Source of the DNA: Flectonema sp. DT1601
Lineage: Eukaryota
Direction of reading: 5' to 3'
Length of the DNA stretch: 64,000 nucleotides
Assembly: GCA_964019425.1 (NCBI GenBank)
Contig: OZ025796.1
Span: forward strand, 62,001 to 126,000
Positions 1 to 13,500 of this stretch are shown piece after piece. The position numbers and the translations under genes were made by a program. The notes beneath the pieces are model-generated. The model was not told where the DNA came from. It was given only the letters and a program-made list of their open reading frames with translations, and searched no databases. Numbering within the stretch: the first letter of the stretch is position 1; every line of letters starts with the position of its first letter.

Positions 1-44
1 CTATAAATAGAATTAGGAAGCATTTACATATTGTGTGGAAGGAA

Positions 45-780
45 CGTCATTTTGTGTTGCCAAATCCCTGACGTTGGGATATCGACTCGACTAACCAGTT
101 GTGACTTCATATTAGAGAGAGGAAGATCCCATCTCTGAACTGCTTGAGTTTTCAAATAATAAAACAGCACATAGAACAGAATAACATGTTGTGTTACCAA
201 TTCCTAACGATGGAATGTGGCTTCATATTTGTTTCTTTCATAGTTTGCGATGCCCCCATTCAATTAAAAAGAAAAGAGAATGGGGAGCACAACAACTATT
301 GCCATAACCTAACGATGGCATGGCAGCATATTATGAGAGAGGAAGGTTTCTGAAAACGTTGTCAGATAACACAGAAATCAGAAATGTCATTTTGTGTCGC
401 CAAATTCCTAACGTTGGGATATGGCTGCATATTGTTTTCATTCAAATCAACTAACAAGTTGTAGAGAGGAAGATCCCATCTCTGAACTGTTTGAGTTTTA
501 TAAAACAGCACAGAGAACAGGATAACATGTTGTGTTGCCAATTCCTAACGGTGGAATGTGGCTTCATATTGGTTTCTTTCATAGTTTGCGATGCCCCCAT
601 TCAATTAAAAAGAAAAGAGAATTGGGGAGCACAACAACTATTGCCATAACCTAACGATGGCATGGCAGCATATTATGTGAGAGGAAGGTTTCTGAAAACG
701 TTGTCAGATAACACAGAAATCAGAAATGTCATTTTGTGTCGCCAAATTCCTAGCGGTAGAATATGGCTGCATATTGTTAA
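45..780. repeat. Degenerate tandem repeat, ~342-347 bp period, about 2 copies, with internal sub-repeats
   Basis: GGAAGATCCCATCTCTGAAC at 121 and 468. CTAACGATGGCATGGCAGCA at 309 and 651. A CAAATTCCTAACG-like motif recurs within each unit. Confidence 0.8.
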
Positions 781-1093
781 CCTTTTCGAAAGGATAATTT
801 TGCTGAGAATTCCTGCGAAGGAAGTGCTCAAAGAGAGGGAAACTCAAAAAGGGAAGTGTCGGTAAAAGTGGAAGAAAACAAAGGGAAAAAGGAAAATGGA
901 TGGGACAACTCAGTCAACAACATTTCTCCTCAAAGTGATGTCGACAACATGTATGACACAATTATTTAGATAAAGAGTTAGGTGGGTTATCTACTTTTTG
1001 GTTTCGTTTATTTAGTTTTCGTTCTGAAATCTCTTGTTCGGGTCCACAAAAGGTTACTCCCCGCGGTGCGCTGCCGAGCGTACTGGTGCTTAT

Positions 1094-1455
1094 TGCTGCT
1101 GTTGCTGCTGCGGTTACTGCTGCGGTTGCTGTTGCGGTTGCTGTTGCTGTTGCGGTTGCTGCTGCGGTGGTTGCTGCTGTAGCAGCTGCTGCGGTTGCTG
1201 TTGCAGTTGCTGCTGCTGTTGCTGTTGCGGTTGCAGTTGCTGTTGCAGTTGCTGCTGCGGTGGTTGCTGCTGCGGTTGCTGCTGCTGTTGCTGTTGCGGT
1301 TGCTGCTGCGGTGGTTGCTGCTGCTGTTGCTGTTGCGGTTGCTGTTGCAGTTGCTGCTGCTGTTGCTGCTGCAGTTGCTGTTGCAGTTGCTGCTGCTGTT
1401 GCTGTTGCTGTTGCAGTTGCAGTTGCTGTTGCTGCGATTGCTGTTGCTGCGATTG

Positions 1456-1498
<43 letters not shown>

Positions 1499-2370
1499 AG
1501 TTGCTGTTGCGGTTGCTGTTGCGGTTGCTGCTGCGGTTGCTGTTGCGGTTGCTGTTGCGGTTGCTGTTGCGGTTGCTGTTGCGGTTGCTGTTGCGGTTGC
1601 TGCTGCTGTTGCTGCGATTGCTGTTGCTGTTGCAGTTGCTGTTGCGGTTGCTGTTGTTGTTTCAGCAGCTGCTGCAATTGCTGCTGCGGCGTTAGTGGTG
1701 GCTGCGACATTTGTCGGTGCTGCCTCAGCATTTGCTGCAGTTGTTGCTCCTGTTGTTGCTGTAGCGTTTGTGGTGGCTGCGACATTTGTTGCTGCGATTG
1801 CTGTTGCAGCAGCTGCTGCTGTTGCGATTGTTGTTTCAGCAGCTGTTGCAATTGCTGCTGCGGCGTTAGTGGTGGCTGCGACATTTGTCGATGCTGCCAC
1901 AGCATTTGCTGCAGTTGTTGCTCTTTTTGCTGCTGTAGCGTTGGTGGTGGCTGCGACAGATGTTGATGCTGTGGCGGCTGCTGCTGTAGAAGTCTAAGAA
2001 GATCTTTCTCTTGAGGACTCTGATGTGACTGTTGCTGAGGTGGCGATGATTTAAGTAAAAACTGCATCACCTCAGGCGGAGGGACGTTTCCAGCCAGTAT
2101 TGCATTTGATATCATGTTCTTCCAGAAGGCGGTGTTTGCTTGACCATTGTTGGTTTGGTGCGGCTGATGGTGTTGGTGTTGGTGATGGTGGTGGTGCTGC
2201 TGCTGCTGATAGTGATGACTGTGGTGGTGCGGCTGCTGCTGATAGTGATGACTGTGGTGGTGGTTATTAATAATTGAGTGAGGCATAACTGGGGCAGAAG
2301 GCTGAGCAATCCCTGGTTGCTGCTGTTGCTGTTGTTGTTGTTGTTGTTGTTGTTGCATTTGCTGCTGCTG
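1094..2370. repeat. CAG/CAA/CCG trinucleotide-derived coding repeat (polyQ, QQQP) with higher-order peptide repeats
   Basis: Long (CTG/TTG/CGG)n runs on the + strand. QQLQQML..HRQMSQPPLTPQQQLQQLLKQQ occurs twice. Confidence 0.95.
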
Positions 2371-3696
2371 TGCAGTTTGATAACACATCTGAGATTGCAT
2401 CATCGGTTGATGACTACTCCTTTGATGATTATGAGAAGAGGCCGCCTGATTTAATAATTTATTTCCACTAATTTGATAAACTGATTTACTCTTAACTTGT
2501 TCCCGACACTGAATAATATCCTGAACTAATCCACTACAGAAAGTGCTGCTCGCACTCTTCGACGCAGCGATTTGCTTCGATGCCAATTCAAGGTTTTGCT
2601 GTGCTTGAGTGTACTCACCCATTTCAGCGAGCTTCCTTGACTGTTCCATGCTGTCAGCGGCAATGACGCGGTTTCGCTGTTCATCAACTTGCGGATTTGA
2701 TAAAGAGGTGTCTAATTCTGAGCAGTCAGTAGACCTGTCGACAGCAATGGAATCACCAACTGTTACTTTCACCCCATTACTGTCTAAGTATTCCACTCTG
2801 AAGTCTAGTAGGATCTGTTCTGTTGTTTCATTTGTATCTGAAGACAACTCGTCTAACTCAACTTCGATTATGAAATCTCTTTTTTCTGCCGAAAACAGAT
2901 CCTTCACTTTAAACACAGCAGTCTTATTATCATTGATGATACCGTTACTGAGTACTTTAGAAATGATTACTCCGTCTCTGCAGGTAGCTGTGACAGTGAT
3001 GTCAGTGGCTACCGTGGATGACAGACCACCGAGACACTCAGCAAAGGCTGGTCCGATATCATTAATGTCAGAAAGATAATAATAAAAACCATCTCCTGCT
3101 TCAGCCACATTCCTCAACAGGTCAGCGTTGTGATCAGAACCCAATCCGAACGTGTAGATTCTCATTTCTGTGTCGGATATTTGTAATTCTCTCTTCACAA
3201 CTTCAATAATCTCACTCGGGTATGACTTCCCTGTTGTTGGCTGTCCATCTGTGAAGACCCAAACGCTTTTTGTTTTCCTTTCTTTAACACATCGCAATGA
3301 TGAGATCCCAGATTGGAGAGCATCATACAGATTAGTAGACCCACCAGCCTTCAACTCTAATTGATTCACAATTGTTTTACGGCTTTCAGTTACTCTACCA
3401 CACTGATGTAACTGATTGTACAAAGTAGAGAAAACTCCAATTCCGAGATCGTCGTTTTCATTCAGCTCGTTAATAATGAACTTTGTAGCATCTGATACGA
3501 TGTGAAGCTTTCCGTACATCGATGAGCTGGTGTCGATAACACAATTCACTGCAATTGGTTTTCTTTCATTAACAGTTGGTGACTCTAAGTGAGACATGAC
3601 TAACATCTTCTGTTTAGTCTTTGGGAGTGTTGCGTACTCTGTCACGCCGTCTACTGCGATTTTCAATCCCTTGTTACTTGTTGTTTCGGTTGTCAT
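1114..3696 (-). CDS. von Willebrand factor A (vWA) domain protein with a very long Gln/Pro/His-rich C-terminal tail
   Basis: MIDAS motifs: CVIDTSSSM (DxSxS), GGSTNL, VFTDG, YTFGLG. First plausible ATG is at 3696 (MTTETTSNKG); the ORF extension to 3852 is AT-rich non-ATG sequence. Confidence 0.85.
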
Positions 3697-4186
3697 TTTT
3701 CTTTTGTTTTTGTTTTTTGAATTTCGTTTATAGTTTTCTCTCGGTAGCTTTACTTTGTGAGGATAGTGGTATAAAAAAGAAGCAGTTTCCAAGATGACGA
3801 AGAAGAAAGGCTGAGAAGAAAAATTAAACATAATAATAATTAGAAGGAACAAAAAAAAATTTAGAATTTTCCAAAGTCCCCTTCTCGTCAGTCAGTTATT
3901 ATTAATCTGTACCAGGAATGTAAATTAAAATACCTAAATAAACCTGCTTCAAATAAAACGTAAACGCTCACACCCCCAATGAGGGATGGGTTGAGTAGCA
4001 ATAGGTCTCAAATAGCTTCGAGAAGTCAGTCAAAAGAAACAAAAACATGGACTCTGCTAAGGTCCGGCAACACTATTAATGTGGTTGCCCAGAAAGGGGG
4101 GAACTTATTTTTTTTTTTTTTTTTTTTCATTTCTTTCCCCCCCGGTCATTAAGTTAAGGCTTTAACAAAAAGAAAAGAAAATTTGG

Positions 4187-4217
<31 letters not shown>

Positions 4218-4560
4218 CTTATTCTTGATAAGGTGGATACCTCCGTTTATTTATTTATATGGCAACCTTGAGGGAAGCAGTTCTCCGAATGTCATCCGAG
4301 AAAATTAGTAATCTTCAAAAGTACAAACTGAATGCAAGCTGCTGCTAGCCACAGTGGTATGGAGAGGTAAGAAACCCTGAGTAAAACGTTCAACTCATTT
4401 TGCTTCGAAAAAACCTCCTCCAGTTTGTTAAAAATAAAGGCAAGGGGTAGGCAGGCATTGATCATTGACACTGATCAAATTGGTCTACAAAAAGAAAAGG
4501 ATATTCGGAGTACAAAACTAACAAGTTACGAAAATACAGAGAGAGAGGATACGAAGATAA

Positions 4561-7500
4561 TTAGTTCATTTCATAAATAATTCCGTCAGGTCTCATTATG
4601 TCCTGTTTTGTTTGGTTTTAAATTACCCACAGTAAACACCAGTAAACACCAGTAAACACTTTAAAAAAAACAAATAGTACACACATCCTCATCAGTGAGA
4701 TCCACTGAGATTTCAATAACCTCATTAGAAGTTTCTAAAGCAGCCAACACCTGAGCCTTGGTAGTTACGCGAGTCTTGTCAATCGCAACGATGTGCATTC
4801 CTCTTTCTAAATTACTCTGATGACGATTGCGACACGATGTTATTATCAAATTATCATTAACTTCAATATAAAAAGGTTCAGAATCACCTCTGACTACAAC
4901 ATGAGGAACTTCTCTTAACCTCCCTTGGTTTTCATACCAATTGTCTTGAGTAACACTTTCTCGGAGTTTTCTTAATTTTGTCTTAACGTACCTTATAAAG
5001 TGTACGATGTGCTCACAGAGGACACCTTCAAAAACTCCACAAATAATATGTTCACCCATTAAGACGTCAGATATAATATCCATAAGTGATTGTTTCTGTC
5101 TCGGTTCTCCCAAACTTTTCAAGAAACTGCAGGCAGCGTCACTAACTGCTTCCATCACATCTAAAACTGTATCAGTAGCATGTGATTGCAAGTAACTCCG
5201 ATACCGTTCTTCGATTGTTTCAATTAAAGTTTCAGGTAGTCTCTCATGATATACTAATTCAATGTGTGATGTCAACCAATCACTTTTTTCCATTTTCTCT
5301 AATAGCAATACCATTACTTCTCTGACATGAGATAGTTGAACACCACACAGACTATTAGCAGTCAACGGAATGGTTTTTTTTATCCATCCCTTCCTCACAG
5401 CGTCATACAAACTCTCTGTAGGTTCTGTGTCGCGATCTTTAAATGCTGCAACCAGAACAGACAACAACATTGTAATCTGATCCTCAGAAAATCCCTTCGT
5501 AGCTTCCGTCAAGGTTTTCAGTTGAGGAGTACTAAGACGATTGCAGTGTCTGTCAGGTTGGACAGCAAGCTGTTTTGTTATCATTATTTTTTTTTTTCTG
5601 ACAAGAAAGTAGTAAACCCAACGCTAAGACATACCAAATCAATAGCAGATTGCTCAACTTCGTTAGACACGACGGGTTCTTCAGGATCCAGGAATCGGAA
5701 TGGCTGTTTTAATATTATTTTTTAAACCCATCCAATGTTGTGAAGTAAACACAGAAGTCACATCAAATAACAAAACACACCGCAAGGTAAGGCATTTCAA
5801 TCTTAGGAAGGATCAAACCAGAAGCGAAGCTCAATTCCTTTTCGATGCCGTTCCAGTCGACTTTAAATGAACGCGTCTCAGTGTCGTACTTCGCATGACT
5901 CCTGCACACTTCTCCAAGAGCAGAGTGTCCGAGTTCCTGCAACAGCAGGTCCGGGCGACTCGGTGAGAACGACGACAGGTCAACGTCCTCAATCTGAATC
6001 TTCGTGTGCTTCGCAACAATCGCTTGACACTTGTTGTACTTGTCAGTCAGTGAAGTCAGAGCAGCCTTAATCATATTCTTGTGTTGAGGATAAGGAGAGT
6101 CCGTGAACGTCAACCAGAAGTCCAGTGTTCCCGGCAATCCCGGAATGTTCCCTCCTCTTCGGATGTCATCGATGATCACATTAATTCCTCCCTGTTGACA
6201 TTCGAAATCAATCGGACCCACGTTCGTCATGAACTTGTTCCAGTTTTCTTGAATCCTCTTCAGCTCATCCACAGCTATCAAATACTGCGACTCGTGAGTG
6301 TGCTCTTCGAACAGTTCTAACACCGACCTGAATGGAGTCATCAGTTCATCTTCACCATCCGTGTACTTTAGAAGTAATCTGTTACTCAACATTCTCTGAA
6401 CTCTGTTTGAGAAACTGTACAGATCTGTAAGCAGAGGTGCCAACAACGCCAACTTCACATTCTCGTGGAGCGCCATCGTCAACAGCTCAGGTGTCTCTTC
6501 TGCACTCAAACGCTCAATAGCAGTGCGAATAGAACCCTCTCTCGGTAAGTCCAGAAAGTGTTGAGACTTCCAGTGAGTCAAAACGTTCAACGCGTGACAA
6601 GCGTCTTGTTGTGGTTTTGCGAGGAGCTTTTTGTCATTGTATCTCTGCCACAGAGCTTCGACTTCTCTCTCTGCTTCCATCGCTTCAGCTCTCGATTTGA
6701 AAGATTCCATTTTCAACACATCCGACGTCATCAATTGATGTGAGAAGTATGAAAAGATTTTCTGCGTCTCATCAACTGACAACCCAGTGAAGACTCCCAT
6801 GTGAAGATGGTAGGCAATACTTCTTTCAGTCATTTGATGAACAAGATGACGGTAATCACTAATTCCTTGTTGATATCCATGAATTCGTTCTCTGATAGTC
6901 GGAGAGAACATCCACTCCCACAGAGTTTTGAAGCTTTCCGGCCAGAGAGTCAACTGAATAGCGAGGGCACCGAATTCGACAGCCCACAACAAGTAACAAG
7001 CCCCAGTACTCAGCACCTCCTGTCCTCTGGAATACGAAGCGATCGCTCCGTTCTCATCTAATTGGGTGACGCAATCAAACTTGTAGCAACCTCCGTGTGT
7101 AACATCTCCGCCAGTCTTATCCCCAGGTAGGTAACGATGCTTCTGAGCATCCACATCGAAGAACATTGAGCCCATGAATGACTTCGGGTAGGCGCAAGCA
7201 ACACATAGTGATGTTATTATCACTTCAGTCCAGTCGCTTTTAAATCCTGCCAGTAGTGTTAGTGATATGTCAACTTCACAAGTCGGATAATCTTTTACTC
7301 TCCTCGCATCGAATGCGATGCCCAGCACTCGAAGTAGCTTTGCATCTAATTTAAGAACTTTTGCGAGTTCCTCGTTCTCAAGAAACTTGTCGGCCATTGG
7401 GTGACTGCTATTTTCACCAAAGAAACACTTAAAAGCAGCGTAGTAAAATAATAATCTTGTTGATTCTACTCCACGAATAGGAGCCCAGTCAACAATCATT

Positions 7501-10500
7501 TTCACAACCTTGTTGACTTGTTCCAAACTAGTGCTCTGCATGTCACCTGAGAGCATCATCTCTCTTTGAAGTTGCAAGAATGGAGTGTGAAGAGGATCTT
7601 CAATATCTACAACAAACGGAAGGTCACCAGCTTTTGCCTTCAGAGGTTCTGAGTTCTGACACTTGTGACGCATCGCTTCTCCGCAGATTGTTGGCATTGC
7701 ACCGACTCTGCCGGAATCCGAATCCACAACCTGGTCCTGCATATACAACAGCATCGACTTGGTACCCATTCCTCTCAGTGATCCAATTCCTGATTCTAAT
7801 GTGTTCATGAAAGTGAGTAAAGAGTTTTCTATTTCTAAATCTGGAGGATTGTTAATCAGCTTCAAGTCTTCCTGAGATAATCGTTCTGGACACTTGTAAC
7901 CAGCTGGCTCAAAGATACGCTTCGCTAACTTTGAAATCTTTTCAACTGTTTCATTGTTTTCCATGAATGATGGAGCCCAGTCTCTCTTGTCTTGTTGTTC
8001 AACAGGTCTGATAAAAACAACAGCAAGAGCAATTATAAAAGCAGCTTCCTTAGCCTTCATCATAACTGATAACAATGCTTTCTTACTTGTTGGAGAATCT
8101 TCAAACTCAGACAACATAACATTGTAGCTCTCGCAATTCCTCAAGCATGTGTCGACTAACACGTGCTCAGCATCCATTCCGAGGTCGTTATCATAACAAA
8201 CATCATAGACAGCGAGATACAATTTAGAATTCATCGACTTCTCCGCGTTTTTCCCGTTGGGATTGTAACTCTCGCACTTCGATCCCATCTTCTTCCCGGT
8301 CTCCCCCTCCGCCGCACTCTGAATCCACTTTTGCATCACTCCGTTCTTTGCCAACTCCACTGGAGCTGGAATACTGGATCCACGCGTCTCATTCAGCTGT
8401 CGGATGATCCGAGCAGCCATCGAACGAGTTACGTTGCTGCTGCCCTTCGCAACCACGAGACCGATGACGAACTGAGGAACCTTCGAATCCGATGTGAAAT
8501 CTCTGGAAAGCGATGCCAACTGCAGTGCGACTCTGCATGTCGAAGAGGGGTGCTCCTTGAGAAGGCTCTCAATGATCTTCAGATCAACAGGAACTGTTCC
8601 CTCACTCGCAGTATTGCAACTCGACTTGATAAAACTCTGAAACAGATCAATCGACTTCTTGTTCAGTTTATCGATTCCACTGATCACCGCTCCGATGATC
8701 GACAAGCAAGGCGCATGTTTGCTCTGTACAATCCATTCACTAGTCACTCGATGAAGCATCGATGAGCAAGCAGTCTTGAACTCTCCCAAACGGTTCTCAG
8801 CCATTTCAGGGAACGCTTCCAGCAGTAGCTGAGGACCCAATTCATGGGCAACCCAAGCAGCGTTGTGACCACTTTCCTGACTGATGATAGATGGAGGCTT
8901 CCTCTTATCAAGTGCGCCCATAGCCGCCAGTGGCACCATCGCCATGATGTAGTCATCCACAGCAGCCGACGCAACAGAACACAGAGCACGAATACTCCAA
9001 ACAGTTTCCTCTTTACCAGGAAAGTATAGTTGATGAAGTCCTCTAACTAATTCAAATACCCAGTTCAGAACATTCTCAACGATACGCAAGTCGCTGTATC
9101 TAATTCGACGTCTAATGTGATCACTTAAGAAAGCTAGCACTAACTCTCTATCAGATTGCACAGCGTCAACAAGTTCTCTAACCATTTCATCACCAAATCT
9201 TCTCTCCAACTCAGAGGCTGTTGCGACCACATCAACTGCATTGCTTGCCACTGGAAGGGTCTCAATGATAGATGATGATCCAGGAAGAGATGGCATGGAA
9301 ACACCGACGTAAATCGTATCCAAAGTGCTGACCTTCTTCCTTCTCAGTATGTCGAAAGTCGTCGCCCGTGACGCTACCTCAAGGGCCTTCGCTACAATCG
9401 TGTCACTCTTCGCCAACTCCTTCTCCTTCCCTTTTTGCGATGCAAGACAGAGCAACGCAGAAGCATTCCGGTCATCCAACAAGAACCTCAGCGCAAATGT
9501 CAACAGCGCGCGAGGCGCCTTGTTTTCTTCGTCGATCAACCGTTGCGCCAAACTCAGCGACTGCCCGTCCTGTGCAGCAACTTCCTTCGCCATCTCAACG
9601 AGTTCCAACTCCGTCGGCTGACGGGCTCTGTAGAAGTTCACCACCACCTTCTTCACCTTCGGGCACACCTTGAACAGCTTCTTTGCAATAGCAACCTGCT
9701 CGTCGAACGGCCGCTTCAGGTCGTACAGCGCAGACGCTGGATCCTCCTCCGGAACAGGCACCCACTTGGTCGCAGCCTCGCTCTGCGCCTGCATCAACGT
9801 GTTCATCGCACGGTCCAGCAACACCTCCAGATCCCTCCATTCTGGAATTGGTCTTGGAGCCCTCTTCCCGACGATCATCGGGTCAACGTACTGCTGCAGG
9901 TCGAGCTTCACGTGCTCCGCCGCAGCATCCAGATACACCTGATCCCATCCTGATCCGAACAGTGGAGTGCAGTTACTCGCCTCCGTCAGGTTCGAGTTCT
10001 GGAACGACTGGATGATCACGACTGCTTTGTCTGTCACCATGTCCTTCTCCTTCTCCCGCACATCTGGACGCGAGCTCAGCAAGTACCGCACCTCACGGCA
10101 CTCAGGCTTTCCGAGAGAGTCCGGGCTCATGATTAGCACAAAAACGTACTGCTCCGGATCCGTCGTGAAACGGTACAGCTCCTCCTTCAAGTCCTCCCGC
10201 CCGCGTTCAGATTCCAGCAGCCCGTCCAGAGAAAGGTGCGTCAGGTGCTCGATCGGCTCCAACAGTGACGGGAAGTCTGCGTTCGACGGTGAGAACACCA
10301 CCGACCGAAGCCAGTCCGCATCATCCCCGACTCCGCCCGTGGCTGACGGTGCCACCTTGTCTCGCAGATCTTCCAGGTACCCCGTCAGATCCCAAGGTGC
10401 CAAGTCTCGGAAGTACGCACGCAGGTACGCCGGTGCATCCTTCTTCAGCACTCTCTGAGCCAGAAGCATCCCCTCCGGTTTCAGAACCTGCAACATTCGG

Positions 10501-13500
10501 CAAGAGCTCGCCTTCCACCTCGCGTCGTCTGCGTTGCTCCCAGCCAAGAACCCGTCCAATGCATCGTCGTTTCGGATACGCAAGTTCACCGGCAGGTTCA
10601 TCAGAGTTCCCTGTTGAACCCCTTCCAATATCACAGAGTCGAACGTATCCACATCCGAGTCTCCGAACAGGCAACGATTCCGCACTGCTAGTGTCTTCTG
10701 GAACTTCGCTAACTTCTGCCTCACTTCCATCGCCGCCTCTCTCTCCTCGGGTTTCAGCTTCGCCAACGCGAACTCCAGAATGTCTTGCACCGTAATCGGG
10801 AACTTCTCCAGACGGTTCAGGAACGGAGAAGGCAGCACGTTCCCCATTCCCGTCAGCTCCCTCTTCGTCACGTGCACGATACACTGGAAATCTCGGTGCA
10901 CTCGCTTGTACTCCAGAGCCGCCCCCACAGCCACCGCCACGAAGTGCAGCGTCTCGTTCGCCCCGCTGCTTGCTACCACATAGTTCTGGTTGAACACGTC
11001 GAACAGGCACGCGTCGATGTCTCTCGTGTTGGTCAGCCACACCGTCCGTCCGGCCTCCATCGCCGCCACGATCTGCGACACCACCGTCACAGGCATCAGC
11101 TCGTCCCCGTATGAAAGTGAACTCAACGACAAAACACTCAGGTTGTTGAACTGCTCCACTCCCGTCTGCCGCAGCAGCTGAAGCATCGAACCGTCCTCCG
11201 TCGTGTCCACCAGCAGCTTGAACCGCACCCACATGTCGTTCAGGTTCTTCCCCGAAGCCTTCTCCGTCGCACGGTTGTTGTCCTTCAGCGAGTCGATCAC
11301 CACGTCCAGCTTCCGACGCAGCATCGGCTTCAGCTCATCAACCGAGTACGCCCCGTCCACCTCCCCGAGCGCCTCTCCGAACCTCCGCAGCGCCGCGTCG
11401 AAGTATTCCGAAGGTCCGTTGAAGTTCCGCTCCAACGCCCGCAGCACCAGCTCCGGCGACACCGTGATCAGCCCTTCCCCCGAGTTGTTTCGACGGATGT
11501 ATCGCATCATGTGGAACAAGTCTCGCAACCCAAACCACCAACGGAACTTCAAGCTCGGGTCGAACCCGACCAGCGTCTCCTCCTCGTCTTCCTTCGGAGG
11601 AGGGACCAATCGGTGGAACGCATCGCAGCAAGCCGGGATGATCCGCTTCGACACTTCGCACAGTCCCCGCACCCCGTGCTTGCTCAAGATCCCCGCACAC
11701 ATGTTCGTCAGTTCCTCCGGACGCGGCTTCGCCATGAACACCGTCACGCATCGGTTCCCGATTGCCGTGTCCAGCGACGTGTTCGTCATCAACACCGAAG
11801 CCAAGTTCGCCCCTTCCAGGTAGTAGTGCAGCACCTTCAGCGCCCACTTCCGCTCCACCGTCGCCCCCTTCACCAAACCAGCCTCGTCCACGAACAGCAG
11901 CGTTCGCTTGTTCAGTGTTCCAGAGCTGTCGTTCTCCAATTGCTTCTGGTACGCTTCCTCGCACTTCTTCTTGATCTCGTCCGCGCTGCTCTGCGCGGAT
12001 CCCTGGTAACGGCAGATGTCCGAAATGTGGCAGAAGTCTTTCCAGAACAGTCCGCATCCCTGCATGTTGTCTCGGATGATGTTGTTCGAAAGCGTCTTCG
12101 AAGTCCCCGGAGCTCCCTGCAAGATCACCGCCAACCGCAGCTCGAAGCAAACCATCTGCACGAACAGGTTCTCCATCAGCCCCTGGTGAGCGTACACCGC
12201 ATCCGGAAGCTTCAAGTGGTCGCTGTGGCAGTGGTACGTCACCGCCCGTTGCACCACCGTGTCGAACGCCACTCCCTGCGGGAACGCACGCACTTGCTTC
12301 TCCTCGTCCTCCCCCGCAAGCTGCGACAGCCGCTCCGTCAGCGCCTTCGACAGAGACGCCCGCTGCTCAGGAGGGAACCGGAAGTAGTACGAACACGCCA
12401 TGGCCACCGTCATCGCTGACAGCGTCCGGTCCCAAACATCAGCAGCCTGCTTCCCGTTGAACGAAATGTAGTCCACCCCCTGCTTGTAGAAGAAGTCGAA
12501 CAGCTTCATCGTTCGGTGAATGTCTCGCTGCGAAACCGTCGATCTCTTGTGAGCAACTGCCCGCTGCGCGAACTTGTGCGTGTGCAGCAGCAGGTCCGAC
12601 AGCGCCCGCAGCTGCGACTGACGGATCGATGCCGCGAACAGGTTTCGGTTGCTTCCCATCAGCCGCATGATGAACATCTCCCGTTGGTTCGCCGCCAGCT
12701 GCTTCCACGGAACAATGTGCTCCTTCAGCGCTGGCTGCATCGGAGTCACGTCGAACCCGAGCTTCTCCCCAGACTCCTTCGTCTGCTTCTTCGTCTCCTC
12801 CTCCGGGTACTCCTCCACATCCAGTCCCTCCAGCGACGCGTCCTTCGTCGTCGGGTTCACCGCTCCCAAGAACGACACGTTCGGTGGCAGGATTCCGTTC
12901 GTCTCCGGGTGACTCAACTCCCACTTATCCCAATACCGATCCACCACAATTCTCTTAATCAATCCCAACATGTTCGTAGCATTCATCTCATCGATCATTA
13001 TCATGAAGTTGATCGTCGGACACTTCAAAGCCTTCTCCAGCATCGGAGACATTTGATCGAACAACATATCCACCGTCATGTCGTATCTCATCAGGATGAT
13101 CAGTGAACTCTTCGACCGCTTCAGAGTCAGAGTTCTCCTCAGCAGGTCTGCGAGAGCCTCACCGGAATTCTCACCTCCATCTGAAAGGTCACGGAGGAGA
13201 CTAGGTGGCGGGTCGAGGATCGGAGAAAGTCGAATTTGGTTTCTCAGCTCTGCGCGAACTGCTCGGCACAGGGCAGGACCGTTTGCCTTCGCCGCAGTGA
13301 AAGCTTCCTTAGCCCAGGTTTGAATTCCATCAAAAAGATGTCTTTTGTTTAGAATCGATTCAAATTGTGAAAAACTCGCGCCCGCAAGTTTCCTCATCGT
13401 CTGAGAACTGAGTGCGCTTCCCATGGTGTCACGAATTTGTCCAACGAGGAAACCACCACTCACTCTATTTAATGAATTCACAACTTCTTCGAGTGCGGTA

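Noticed and set aside
1090..1116. Two TAA codons inside the polyQ run, suggesting TAA=Gln reassignment
   Set aside because: The >5,600-codon ORFs contain no in-frame TAA/TAG, and conserved genes end in TAA/TAG. CAA>TAA substitutions explain it.
962..1997. Poly-Ala/Thr, poly-Cys, poly-Ala/Val and poly-Leu ORFs
   Set aside because: They are alternative frames and strands of the CAG/CAA repeat within the vWA-polyQ gene.
4661..5584. ORFs 4661-5584, 32241-33134 and 31445-31843 as independent genes
   Set aside because: They join the giant ORFs in frame via canonical splice sites, with conserved intron positions for the shared exons.
9325..13323. Many 100-300 aa overlapping/antisense ORFs (also at 37020-41069)
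   Set aside because: They are a by-product of high GC3 in the giant exon and carry no recognisable motifs.
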